Of a DNA stretch of 41,226 nucleotides, positions 12,426 through 24,499 are shown one piece after another (within the stretch, counting starts at the first letter, position 1; each line of letters starts with the position of its first letter). Position numbers and translations under genes: made by a program. Origin of the DNA: Octopus bimaculoides (lineage: Eukaryota); NCBI RefSeq assembly GCF_001194135.2, contig NC_068983.1, positions 77,002,889 to 77,044,114 on the forward strand, written 5' to 3'. Below the pieces are notes generated by a model. It was not told the origin of the DNA and did not search any database. It saw only the letters and a list, made by a program, of their open reading frames with translations.

Positions 12426-13300
12426 TATGCAAGCAGAAGCAAGCGAATGCACAGATATAAACACACAAACAGATGTCAGTATATATTATCGATAAAGATG
12501 ACAGGATGCAAGAAGAATATAACACATTTCTATATTTTCAAGCATGTTATTTATATATGTTAGCAGATTTAAATCTCAATAATATCAATTTAAATCTCAA
12601 TTTAAATCCCAATTATATCAAAGTAAAAAAAAAAAAGCCTTATAACATTTAATTTGTGAAATTCTGCCGCTTAGAAGAAAGAAAGCGCATATAATATATC
12701 CTATGGTATGTCATCATCTTAGAACGAAAAACCAATGATGATGTATCCAAAGAAGAATAATGCTAAGTGTCAGTCTGTTTGACAGTTAGATGGAACTTTT
12801 AAATATTTGAAATAGTCAATTACATCGTCGCAGTCTTCCTTTTGTTAATAATATCAGATTCAATACATCTGATAATACTAAGATATACCACCAATATGCC
12901 ATAACATCTAAACAGAAATTCCTGATAAATATACGTATTATATGAGTAAATGTATTCTGAACATAAAATTAATTGCAATCATAAATTGGTGAATTGTAAA
13001 TGTTTGATGAAATACAGTATATTGTAATTGTGAGAAGAAAATAATGTTGATGATTTGAAATCTGAACGATGAAGATTTGTAAAGAATGTTGGTGAAGTAT
13101 ATTTCTGATGAAATAGAGATGTATAAACTAAATGTTTTCGGAATCTAATATTTCTTATTCAATAAAACTATTGTTACTTTTTACTCTTGAATATGTTCGG
13201 GTATCGAATTTGATACATTAATAATATGCCTAAAAGATGAGAAAACACACATTAATGATTTTTTTCTAAAAATATTACGTCTTCACTTTGAGCCATACAT

Positions 13301-13500
13301 TACTCTCTTTACTCTTTTACTTGTTTCAGTTATTTGACTGCGGCCATGCTGGAGCACCACCTTTAGTCGAGCAAATCGACCCCAGGAATTATTCTTTGTA
13401 AGCCTAGTACTTATTCTATAAGTCTTGTGCCGAACCACTAAGTTACGTGAACATAAACACACCAACATCGGATATCAAGCAATGTTGGGAGCACAAACAG

Positions 13501-13555
<55 letters not shown>

Positions 13556-13719
13556 CGACGGGCTTCTTTCAGTTTCCGTCTATCAAATCCACTCACAAGG
13601 CTTTGGTCGGCTCGAGGCTATAGTAGAAGACACTTGCTCAAGATGCCACACAGTGGGACTCAACCCAGAACCATGTGGTTGGTAAGAAAACTACTTACCA
13701 CACAGCCACTTCTGTGCCT
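13301..13719 (-). mobile_element. Full-length octopus-type tRNA-derived CORE-like SINE with an internal (TA)n(TG)n tract
   Basis: Head has A box TGGCTGTGTGG and B box GGTTGAGTCCC, then TCTTGAGCAAGTGTCTTCTACTATAGCC. The internal microsatellite is at 13500-13552. Tail reads GGTGCTCCAGCATGGCCGCAGTCAAATAACTGAAACAAGTAAAAGAGTAAAGAG. Family recognised from memory. Confidence 0.88.
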
Positions 13720-13736
13720 ATATATATATAACTACA

Positions 13737-13737
<1 letters not shown>

Positions 13738-13800
<63 letters not shown>
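13738..13800. repeat. (TG)n
   Basis: Direct reading. Confidence 0.97.
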
Positions 13801-13814
13801 TATGGTAGGGGTTG

Positions 13815-13955
13815 GTTGATTAGACATCCCTCAGTGCTCAACTGGTTTTATCGACCAAAAATGTATTGAAGGCAAAGGTGATCTCAGACGGTAAAGGTGA
13901 CCAAATGTCCCTAAGTGATGTGCTCGGCGGGCTAAGCGTTCTGCCAACTCTCCAA
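13815..13955 (-). mobile_element. Degraded SINE, same family as 28955-29112
   Basis: GAGAGTTGGCAGAACGCTTAGCCCGCCGAGCA...CACCTTTGCCTTCAA...GGTCGATAAAACCAGTTGAGCACTGAGGG aligns by eye with the 28955-29112 copy. Confidence 0.65.
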
Positions 13956-14279
13956 CAATATACATACATGTTAGGTGTTAGATGCCTCCGCAAATTATAT
14001 GTTAATCCTATATGTTGATATACATACAATGAGAAATTTATTGTGAAAATAGATATACAACTACTACTATTATGTTTATGGCTCCACCTTCATTATCATA
14101 ATCCAGTCTTCTTGTGTAATTGTTTAGTAACTTCTGTAGCGTGTAGTATAACTAGTTAAGTGCTATCGAGTAAATGTTGGAAAAATAAGGATATAATTAT
14201 CTGCAATATTATGCAACAAAGAATATCGCGAGTATCTGTTTCGAAATATAAATAATGCAAATGCGTTTTTATTCTTATT

Positions 14280-14284
<5 letters not shown>

Positions 14285-14319
<35 letters not shown>

Positions 14320-14500
14320 NNNNNNNNNNGAGAGAGAGAGAGAGAGAGAGAGAGACATCATCTCACGTTGCTCTGTGAACGCTTCAACATCCATGATATA
14401 TTGTCCTCGGCGGGTGGTTCTGACATGTGTGCGTGTGTGTGTGTGTGTTTGTATGTGTAAGTGTGTGTGTGTGTGTGTGTGTCTGTATGTGCGCGTGTTT
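14285..14500. repeat. (TA)n, (GA)n and (TG)n tracts
   Basis: Direct reading. Confidence 0.85.
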
Positions 14501-15695
14501 TTGTGTCTCGTAAATTATTTAATACCAAATGATACCTACGGCAGATAGTCGCCCGTGGGATTATGTAAGAAGTAGTTTCATGCATGAATTAGGTGTTAGA
14601 TGCCACCACAAATTATATGTTAATCCCATATTATATCCTATTCATTTTGCTACAAGCCACATATTCAGTATTATTCTTGTATGACAGGTACAAAATTATT
14701 TCACCCACTGAGATAACTGAGCAAAACGTCCAGTATCAGCGATTGGGAAAATGATGCACTAAAATAAATATTTAAATCTATAGTAGAAGAAACACACACC
14801 AAAATAAATACTCAAATTGACTTGACTGATTAGCGTCATCTCGTTTCATAGGAATGGAACTAAAACTCGAGAGGTTAGTCACATTTCAACTGGGTAAATC
14901 TAGTACCTTCTATTCCCACGTATATATATAATAAGAAACCACACAGTTTCTATTTTCTTACTACAGTTCTGAGAATATTACAGTATTTGGCGAACGATAT
15001 ATAGATAAGCTTGTAATGTCGTGAATGCTGCCAACTAAGACGAGAAACACAAACAGAACAAATACTAATATCAGAGTGTTACAATATGTATCAGATTAAA
15101 TCTTTTGTTAGAGTATGTCTAAGGAAATTGAATTTCAAGCGTGGAAAACTAGAAGTGCAAGAGAAGCAAACTAATAAAAAAACACTGTTATTTAACTAAA
15201 TAAGCAAGAAAAAAATACTTACAACCTCCGAACACAGAAGAAATAACGCAAAGAGCGTGGATGTGTACTAAATATCGTGTCATATAATGCAATAATTGAT
15301 AATTTTCGCACGCCAACCTAGATAAATATATGTGTATATACGCAGGAACATGTAGAAATGTACTCATGCAGGTATATACATATACGTGGAAGGTTGAAAG
15401 CGAACACAAGAATTGATACGTATAAGGAAAATAAGACAAGGTAGAAAATTCTTAAATAATTTTATCACAAAGACCATTTTAATACCGTTTTCAATCTTTG
15501 CGACTTTTTCAACTTGGAGTAAAGCATGAAAAACAATTAAATTCTGGAAAAATTAAATTAAATGTTTTTAAAAATATTTCTGTTGTTTTCAAATGCACGG
15601 GACGTTTTCCTTTTTTCTGTCTGTCTCTCTCTTTTCTACTCCTGTGAAAGCTTGAAGTAGGTAGTGTGGCTTTGAGTGTTTAAGTAGCAGTAACC

Positions 15696-15840
15696 GAGGA
15701 AGGAGGCGGCGAGGAGGAGTAGGAGGAGGAGGAGGGGGAAGAAGAAGAAGAAGAAGAAGAAGAAGAAGAAAAAAAAAAATACGGGAGAGGTATGGTAGAA
15801 AAATACGGGAGAGGCGGCGAGGAGGAGGAGGAGGAGGAGG

Positions 15841-15872
<32 letters not shown>

Positions 15873-15876
15873 GTAG
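15696..15876. repeat. Compound (GAG)n(GAA)n array, duplicated as a module
   Basis: GAGGCGGCGAGGAGGAG...(GAA)n occurs twice, and AAAATACGGGAGAGG occurs twice. Confidence 0.9.
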
Positions 15877-16029
15877 GATATTGGTAGAATCCTCTTAAAT
15901 GGTCACGTGACCTAAAGTGACCTGTTGTGGTTGTAATAGAAGTGGTTGGAATTGTTCCAAATAAATTCATGGGTAGTGACTGTTCTAAATGTATCGTTTT
16001 TAATATTTCCGTGGGTATTATTTTCAGGC

Positions 16030-16470
16030 CCTTATGGTCGTGTCATTTGTGGTTGACGCATTCAAAAGGGGTTGATGTTTTATGATAAAATATGACTCTT
16101 TACTAATGCGCTAATTATGGGTTGCATCGTCCCTGAATTTATAGAGGGGAAAAAATTCTGAAGCTGGGTTTTTCGTTAGTGGCGGAAATGTTGATGTTTT
16201 CACTGAATGCCACTTTTCTGTATTCCCGAATTTTGATTTGGGATCTATGTACGGTCATCCTCTGGTGTAGAACTGTCTTTGGTTTGGCCTATGTATTGCT
16301 CTCGACGCCCTGAGCAAGTTAATACATATATTAGTTTTTTCGAAGCACACGTGAAGTTGTTTTCAGTGTAAACCCTGACCCTGTTTGAAAGAAAACTCCG
16401 AACTCCCAATTAGACTGACGCATATACCACACTTAGTTCATCTCCATTTTTTACCTGACGGTTTCAGTGT
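16030..16470 (-). mobile_element. PLE GIY-YIG endonuclease remnant with an upstream Cys knuckle (Neptune/Poseidon-like)
   Basis: Across frameshifts it reads TKCGICVSLIGSSEFSFKQGQG/ENNFTCASKKLIYVLTCSGRREQYIGQTKDS/LHQRMTVHRSQIKIREYRKVAFSENI...PSFRIF/PLYKF...KESYFIIKHQPLLN. The IYVLTC...YIGQT (GIY-YIG) motif and the RM..H motif are clear. Confidence 0.88.
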
Positions 16471-16549
16471 TGCTGTCGAGTTTACTTAGGCTTGTGTTAC
16501 GAGAATGGTTCATAGATTTGGGTTACCTTTTGCTCTCTATTAAAAGACA

Positions 16550-16763
16550 ACTTATTTTATCGGGCTCTTTTGCCAAACTGCTTGATTACGGGGATGTAAA
16601 CACACATCATCGGTTGTCAAGCGATAGTGGTGGTGAACAAATACAGACACACAAATACATACGTATATATGTAATACATAAGACGGGCTTCTTTCAGTTT
16701 CAGTTTCCGTCTACTAAATCCACTCATATGACTTTGTTTGCCTCGTGTCTATCGTAGAAGACA
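16550..16763 (-). mobile_element. Truncated copy of the 13301-13719 SINE family
   Basis: Shares GACGGGCTTCTTTCAGTTTCCGTCTACTAAATCCACTCA and GTAAACACAC..CATCGGTTGTCAAGCGAT; breaks into (CA)n at 16760. Confidence 0.8.
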
Positions 16764-17219
16764 CACACACACACACACGCACACACATACACGCACACAC
16801 ACACATATATATATATACATACATATGCTTATAAAAGTGCATTCATAAACATGCATCCATGGGTACATGTGTAAGTATATGTGTGTGTTTGTACGTACTT
16901 ACATGAAGAAAATACAAACGCTGATACAAACGTATTTACATCTTAGATTCCGAGCAGTTTTTATTCGTATATTTTCTTTTTGAAGCACACTAATTGTCAC
17001 TTGAGCAGAAAATACTAAAGTAAGGAGTTTTGCATAAAACCATTTGTTTGCGTTGGACATGTCATCTAATTAGCTACTTTACGAATTTTCCTTGCAAATA
17101 TGAAATTTCTTCTTTAGTTAACAAAAGTATTATATCAATATTTAAGTGGAAATCTTCAGTTTTCTATATATATTCATATTTAAATTAAAAGATGACACAG
17201 GCAGGAGCTCAGGCGTGTA

Positions 17220-17360
17220 CACAAACACACACATACACACACACACACACATACACACACACACACTCGCGCACACATGTACACGCATATATATATATAG
17301 AGAGAGAGAGAGAGGGAGAGAGTAAGTGAGAGGGACAGACAAACAGACAGACAGATAGTG
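17220..17360. repeat. (CA)n/(TA)n/(GA)n/(CAGA)n
   Basis: Direct reading. Confidence 0.9.
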
Positions 17361-17554
17361 AAAGAAGGGTGAAATTTAATACGAACATTTATTAATGTTT
17401 ACTTTAGCGAACTGGTGTGTAAAAGCAGTTCATGTACACGGTAATCCGTTGACAGATTAGCAGATCTCACACCTTCAAAGGTGTTTTCTGTACGCAACTC
17501 CACTTATTATGAGTGTCTCCATCTATCACATTGATGTATATATTTTTGTACCTA

Positions 17555-18670
17555 TATTGGGTTATCCTATAAATAATCCGGTTTTTTCAATTGCATAAAC
17601 TAAAAGTTGGAAGAGGATGGGATAAACTACCTCCATCCATTTGCTATAAAGACAGGCAATGGAAGTTTTGAAGAATCGAGTTCGATTTAAACAGTTATAT
17701 TTTCAAAGCTACAATGGAAGTAGCAAAGTAGCACGTTCCACATATTTTGCTTTACGAGTTCAATAAAATCAACAACGAAATGGTAACTACGAGGAATATT
17801 AATGCAGTATATGGGAATCGGGCAATAAACATAAGTCAGTGTCAACAGTTGTTCCAGAAATTCCGAGACAGAAAGTACAGCCTTGAAGATGAGCCTCGTC
17901 CTGGAAGATCTGTAGAGCTCGACGAGAACGTCCTGCAAGCCCAGGTAGAACAAAATACCATCGTAATCATTGAGGAACTAGCAGAGAAGCTTAGATTTGG
18001 TTATTCAATCATTCATAGACACATGCATGTCATCGAAAATGTAATCAAAACTTCCCGAGTCTAACTGCGCGCAGACAGTGAATGCGTGCTCTTCTTTGCT
18101 ATTACGTCTCACGAATATACCTTTTTCAGACCAAAGAGTGACTGAGAAAGATGAGTTGGTTCTTTATAAAAATGTCAAGCGCCGAAGACAGTGGGTAAAG
18201 AATCGAGAAACACAAGTATCCCAAACTAAAGAAGGTTTTAACTCACGTAAGGTGTTATTAACTGTTTGGTGGGATATGAAAGGTTTAGTTCAGTTTGAAC
18301 CTTTATACCTGAACAAAACGATAACAAAGGAGATCTACTGCGAGCAGCTTGAGCGGCGTAAGTCAGCGTTAGAAGGAAAACAACAATTTTTGATCTCAAC
18401 ACGAAAATGTTTACCCGAAACGCTAATAAGAGTAGGATATTTGCAGTGGCATACACTCGGTTCAGCACATTCTATAGGAACATTGTTTGTGAATAATTTT
18501 GTTGGATGAAATATAGCACTTATGAACAGAAAACTTATCTGAGATGGTGTTCAACCCTGTGTTCATTTGCAACAAATTATTCTCGCTTTTTTCTCTAAGT
18601 CTTTTACAGAGGACATTTACCAAGGTACCTTACAAAGGCATGTGTGATAGAATGAAATATTTATAATGTG
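17555..18670 (+). mobile_element. Decayed mariner DNA transposon
   Basis: TIR-like TATTGGGTTATCCTATAAATAATCCGGTTTT at 17555. ATG at 17714 gives MEVAK*HVPHILLYEF...FQKFRDRKYSLEDEPRPGRSVELD...EELAEKL (HTH), then VLYKNVKRRRQW...RKVLLTVWWDMKGLVQFE...YCEQLER. The C-terminus is eroded and I found no right TIR. Confidence 0.88.
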
Positions 18671-19489
18671 TCTTGTTCCTGAGAACGAGATTTTTCATCA
18701 ACAAGATACAAACTTTATTCAAATTTTAACAATCCTTCTAAACATTCCATCAAGTGTTGAGAATACATTTTCATTTGTCCAGTTGTTAGTCTCGCGAACT
18801 CATTTCTGTCACCAATAGTGAATCGTACTCTAAATCATGCAGGTATTAATAAAAGGAAAGCGTTCAGGAAACCAACGCCTGGAATGTGTAAAGTTTGAGA
18901 CATTGCAAATTTGAAACTGGATGACATAATTATTCCCGATAGGCATCTATTAGTTCTATTCATGTTTGTATATGCTCTGGAAATATGAAGTTAAAAACAA
19001 AATCGTGTTTAGAATGTCTTTGTGATATGAATAATATAAATAAATTAATATCTCCAACTATAATTATGATATCTGTTTATTAGCTATAATATTAAATTAT
19101 TTAGTATATTTCATATTATGTGAAGCAGATAATAATAGATCACGAAGAAAGTATGTGCATTGTATTTTAAATAACAATAAACTGGTGCAGAAAATTAGGA
19201 AAAATGTCAAGATTTATTTCAGTTTTGAATTACCGTCAAATAAAAAGGACTTGATAATTAGTAAATATTCACAGTTTTATGTGAAAGAAATAAGATCAAA
19301 AATATAACTACATAATCTACTGATGCATATCTATCTTAATTACTATCCCAATGATATAATCTTGCATTCTTCCATATTTTCTCCTTTATATTTGTCATTA
19401 TTGCTTCTCCACATATCTCTCTTTAGTTCTTTCATAAGTAATTCTACTGTAGTTGACGATATATTACTTTCTAAAATTGTTCAATAATT

Positions 19490-19570
<81 letters not shown>

Positions 19571-19571
19571 G

Positions 19572-19606
<35 letters not shown>

Positions 19607-19632
19607 TTTATGATTATCATCATTATTATTAT
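19490..19632. repeat. (ATT)n trinucleotide array
   Basis: Direct reading. Confidence 0.97.
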
Positions 19633-19850
19633 TTGATTAAAGCTCTCACCGTATTTTGCTGGGTATGATGAAAAGTATTCGCTGTCCACGGCCAGCAGAT
19701 TGAAGTGACACTTGTTTACTGGGCATGCAAAGTATTCTTGCAGATCCAAGCAATGCTGATTTTTGTATGAACGGTATAGAAAAGTAGCAAATTCATATGC
19801 ATTTGATACAACAAATCATTTTGCTTCAATGGGGTGCAAGCAATTAAAAT
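19633..19850 (-). mobile_element. 3' end of an RLE-type non-LTR retrotransposon (R4/Dong-like)
   Basis: Minus strand IQKSALLGSARIL resembles the LQK..LLG.ARILR C-terminus of RLE LINEs. A ~100-bp 3' UTR runs directly into (TAA)n. Confidence 0.6.
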
Positions 19851-20369
19851 CCCCAATGATTGCAGTGATAAGTGCATCGGAAGAAATATGAATACGTTGA
19901 ATATTTGTAGTATGCAATGATTTAACTTGTGACGTTAAGACGTTGACTCACTGGAAATTGCATTTTTACGTATCAAATGTTAATATCATTTCACTTCAAT
20001 GATAATGAATTTAAGAAATAAATTAGTTGGTACAGCTTTACAATTCTGGTGTGATTCCCCATACCTACGGTTGAAATGATTTCATGTGCTGGACCAAGCA
20101 AAGGGACAACGCAAGCACAACCTGCTTAAGCAATTTCAAAACAATGTCTCACTATTTCTCTGGACTCATCTTATTTAATTGTTTAGATTCTTCATGACAC
20201 TCTAAAGATTTCTACTTCCATGCTTTATTTTATGAACTTGAACAGATTCTTTTTGTAAAATGAAAAGGAAAATTTATAACATTCAATCTAAGTGATGTTT
20301 TTCATTAAATCCATCAGTGGTATTTAGTTTCACACTGTGAAATAAAAGCTAAACGATCAGGGAAATATA

Positions 20370-21033
20370 TACAAGTTGGCTCGTGGGTCCTTACCCGTTC
20401 ATATGTTATATTATTCAATACGATTCCGTCTTGAAAAGTATTTTTTACGGACAAGTACGTAATTTAACGTTCGAGTCGAGCACGAAATGGCACTTCTGGG
20501 CAAAGGATAATTCTCATTATTTATGAAGAAATTGAATACAACATTCCGTATGTCATGATGCGTACAACACTTGATGCGCGATGTTACAACAATGGTTTAT
20601 ACCGAAACTCGATGAACTTGGAGTTATAGAGGAGAAGATTTGTTTCCAAGAAAATAGAGTTCCGGCTCATTATGCCATCACTTTACGAGATCATCTTAAT
20701 GACAATTTTCCAGAGAAATGGAATTGACTTAGTTCTATAATATACACGCTGCCCATGAAATGGCCCGCAAAAAGTCTGGACTTGACAACATGTGATAACT
20801 CTTCTTGAGGATACACGAAGGAAATTGTGTCTAAACAACGTTATAATCCCAATGATGAATTGAATGCAGCCTTTATCGCAGCATTGGGAAAAATATCCCC
20901 TGTTATGTTGCAGGAAATGTCTCAAGAGAATATTGTGTTGCATAGTATTATGCAGCTACGATGAAGGACAAGACAGAAATACACTGGCTACATAAGAAAT
21001 ATAGATGCGCAAGGACTTACAGGCTACCCTGTA
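20370..21033 (+). mobile_element. Internally deleted Tc1/mariner of the DD37D/DD41D type, with degenerate TIRs
   Basis: LQQWFIPKLDELG...FQENRVPAHYAITLRDHLNDNFPEKWN*...KWPAKSLDLTTCDNSS*GYTKE matches FQQDGAPAH...WP.RS.DLTP.DF..WGY.K. The right end TA-CAGGGTAGCCTGTAAGTCCTT (rc 21011-21033) matches the left end TA-CAAGTTGGCTCGTGGGTCCTT (20370) at 14 of 21 positions. Confidence 0.75.
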
Positions 21034-22629
21034 TATAGAACATATCTGGGTCGATAACAAAACCTCTAAAACATTGAATTATCTAGAATGCAATAATTTT
21101 AATTAACAAATTAGCAGGCAGGACTGTATCATAATCAATAACGTAAGTGTAAGTTTTATTATGACAGGAACATTACTGGAACATTCAAAGTAACACTGTC
21201 ATGGATCACTGTTTTTTATCCCATGTATGATAAGTTAGAGATTGCTATATATAATTTTCATTTGGGATATTACGTAATTATTTAAATCTTACGCCGGAAG
21301 ACCTCATCAATCCTTTTCTGTACCAACCAGTAATGTAGGTAATGTAGCTTGTGCGTCATGCTCTGATATTCAAGAAGTAGTAGCCAATTCTACGTCATAT
21401 TACATGTTGCTGGGTTAATGAATAACGTAGAATTTCGTATACAAAACAAAGGAAGTGTTGAGGCTAGAATGCTTTGTACATAGACCGACTACATAAAAAG
21501 CATGTGGAAAGAATCAACAATGAAAATAAAAACAAAAATACGCTTTCCATGTTGGATGACCGAAAGCTTCATACAGTTAAATATACCAAGCGCTAGAGAA
21601 TGATCGCAACTGTAAAAAACTTGTACACAGCTTCTAAAAACTCTTTTCGAAGGAAAAATATAAGCAAATAATCTCATAAGAATGAAGTCTTAGTAATCAA
21701 GCATACTTGGTTTTGCTCTAGCGAAGAGAAGAAAACGTCCTGAGCAATTCTTCTTTCTACAAACAATGAATAATTGAAGAAAGAATGATTCAATGCAAAA
21801 TAGGTGGAAACGAGCATTTAAAACGGGCGTTTTCATTTAGTAAAATAGGTGTAAAATTATAAGTGTAGTTATAAATAAAACACTCTCAACCATCCTCATA
21901 TTTTCAGTTGCAGGAACAATATCTGAAGATATAAAAATAACGAACTACATTATAACAAACATATATTCAATAGACTCTCATACAACAAATATGTAAGTGA
22001 AACACACAGTCTCTAAATTGTGTGCTCCTACACAACCGCAGTTGAAAAAGAAGTGGAGTTTAATAGAGCCCGATTGAGCAATATAGAAAGACAGGTATAA
22101 TAGATTTCCACAACCTTCATCACACACAAGAAAGCCTGCTACATGCGCTGTCGATTAAGATCGTAGGTATCGTTGCTTATCGGAAATAATCTACAGATGT
22201 ATTACCACAACAGATTAGATTGCATCTCATACAGCTAAGGCGGCCATGAAAACGGATATACACTCGATAAATTCTGTTCAAACAACTTCGATATAAAAAT
22301 ATATATAGCCAAGCACACTGCAGAATAGATATTCTATACGTATATAGAAAAGAAAATTTACCTCTACTGTGAACGAGCAGATTCTGCCTTGATAGTAAAC
22401 ATAAGAAACATTATCCGCAGATGCAGAAAGTGCACATCACCACAAGATCTGTTGAAAGAAATATATTGAACCTTTACATTATAGATAACATATACTGACT
22501 GTGTGGTGTATTCTGCCAGGCATACCGTATTGTATTAAGCTATCTATACTGGCGGAAACATAATACATGTTTAGTTGCCGAAACATAGTAAAGCTTAGGT
22601 GCTGAACTCTGTTTCCTCCAAATGTTTCT

Positions 22630-22850
22630 GTGATATTCGTAATTTAGAAAGTGTGAATGCATAATCGGGTCATGAACGTGAGTTCCATTCCCGGAGTCGC
22701 GTTGTGTCCTTGCAAGGGATTCACACTGAATCACTCTCAGAAGTACGCGTGTGTGTGAAGTGTTCAGCCACTTCTACGTTAATTTCGCGAGGAGGCTGTT
22801 CCGTTGATCGGATCAACTGTAATCCATACCATCGTTACAGACGCAGTGTC
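22630..22850 (+). mobile_element. Degraded tRNA-derived SINE
   Basis: B-box-like GAGTTCCATTCCCGG, CORE-like GCGTTGTGTCCTTG, and tail CCACTTCTACGTTAATTTCGCGAGGAGGCTGTTCCGTTGATCGGATCAACTG recalled from octopus SINEs. Confidence 0.65.
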
Positions 22851-23235
22851 AGTTATGTTTTATTTTTACTTCAGAAAGTATTGTTGCAACATTCGTATGA
22901 AAGTGTATCATATGTTTGTTTATGTTATATAGTTTTTAGAACAGTAATAATTGCTCTAATATATACATACGTACGTAGAAAGAATTTTAATGAAGATATT
23001 CGTTTGCGAAGTATAATCAAACAACCTGAAACAATACGATGGGTTAAAATATCAGGTCTTCCCATATGTTCTGTCCTATTTTACCTGTTTTAAAATTAAA
23101 TGAAATTTAATAGGATTTTAGAATGTCTAATGGAATTAAAAATTAGTTTTATGCATTTGCGTATATTTAAACTAATTAAAAATTATTTTACAAAATAGTA
23201 GAATTAAAATTGCTTTGATTGAAACCCTTTCTAAC

Positions 23236-24248
23236 ATGGAAGAATCCAAAGAACATTTAAGGTACATAATGCTTTATAAGTACAAAAAAGGAAACTCTGC
23301 ATCCGAAATAACTCGAAACATACACTCAGTTTATGGGAAATAATGCTTGAATGAAAGAACTTACAGAAGATGGTTTGCAAACTTCAGAAGTGGAGATTTC
23401 AGCCTTGAAGGTGAATATCGAACAGGGCTTCCAGTTGAGTTGGATGTTCAGCTCCTAGAGGCATTACTTGAAGAAAATCCTGCATTATCAGTTGAAGAAT
23501 TAACAATAAGGCTTAGTTGAAACCATACAACTGTTCATCGTTATCTTCAACAACTTGGAAAGTTTCCTACACTTGGAAAATTGGTGTCTCATGAATTGTC
23601 CGAAAGCATCCGCAAATCTCGAGGTGACATTTGCTCTTCTCTCCATTCTCACGAAGTCATTTCACCCTTATTAGATGTATCTTCTATAGAAATGTTAAAT
23701 GTCGTAAACAGTGTCTTGGTACAAGGGAAAAAACTCAACCACAACAGAGAATGGAATTTCATAGAAAAAAGGTTCTTCTCTCTATCTGGTGGGATTGCAA
23801 AGGAGTAATTCACTTAATGCAACAATCGATGCTACCTAATGCAACAATCAATGCTCAAGTCAACTGTCAGCAATTAGAGCGTTTGAACCAAGCTTTGATG
23901 GAAAAAAAGACCCGCTTTAGTGAATCGAAAAGGAGTGATGTTTCATCAGGACAATGCGCGATCCCACACTGCAAAGATCACACACAGAAGATCTAAGAGC
24001 TTGGTTGGGAACAAAATCCTCATCCACCTTATTCCCCCGACCTTGCTCCTTCAGACTACCATTTGTTTCGTAGTTTACAGAAGAATTTGGGGGACATACC
24101 TTTCGAAAGACAGGAGGAGGTCGAAACTAACATTTCAGAGTTCTTCACTTTGAAATCAAAAGAGTTTTACATTGATGCGATGATTAAAAAACTTGTAAAT
24201 AGATGGAATGAAGTCATAGATAATCAGGGAAAGTACATTGGTGATTAA
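23236..24248 (+). pseudogene. Mariner (DD34D-type) transposase pseudogene
   Basis: MEESKEHLRYIMLYKYKKGNSASE...RWFANFRSGDFSLE...KKVLLSIWWDCKGVIH...FHQDNARSH...YSPDLAPSDYHLFRSLQ...KLVNRWNEVIDNQGKYIGD*. It has internal stops and frameshifts, and the first catalytic motif (TGDEKW) is deleted. Confidence 0.93.
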
Positions 24249-24275
24249 ATTTCAATTAAATATAACATTTGATCA

Positions 24276-24499
24276 AATGGCTGATAGTTAGCAAGGTGAG
24301 ACACACATAAGAAAGAAGGAAACAAAGGACCACTGATGAGGTCACAGAAGTGTGACGAAAGAACTCTGGCCGAAATAAGATTAAGATTAAGATTAATGTA
24401 ATATAAAGCTGAAAAAAAAAAAAAAAAAATTAACACCAAATATACAGTGCGTGTGTTTTTATTGGCTAAACTGGCAATATGACCATCCCCAAGTACAAC
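24276..24499 (+). mobile_element. Short non-coding HHR-bearing retroelement (PLE terminal repeat or retrozyme-like), with 12-bp TSD
   Basis: Flanked by AACATTTGATCA at 24264-24275 and 24500-24511. Near-identical to the minus copy at 26768-27014. Confidence 0.85.
24327..24371 (+). ncRNA. Candidate minimal type I hammerhead ribozyme
   Basis: GG(A)CCA-CTGATGA-G-GTCAC agaagt GTGAC-GAAA-GAAC-TC/TGGCC. Core and stem II are clear. Stem III is only 2 bp (AGAACU, a quasi-palindrome). Stem I is CCA/TGG plus GG/CC. Predicted cleavage is after CUC at 24366. Confidence 0.6.

Noticed and set aside
13301-13719. tRNA gene call for the SINE head
   Set aside because: No cloverleaf; the head continues into SINE body and tail.
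21290-21315. rc TTGATGAGGTCTTCCGGCGTAA, a hammerhead-like motif
   Set aside because: C3 and GAAA are both altered and stem III cannot form.
21950-22010. IYSID / KYVSET, reminiscent of a GIY-YIG motif
   Set aside because: It needs a frameshift and two substitutions, and downstream motifs are missing.
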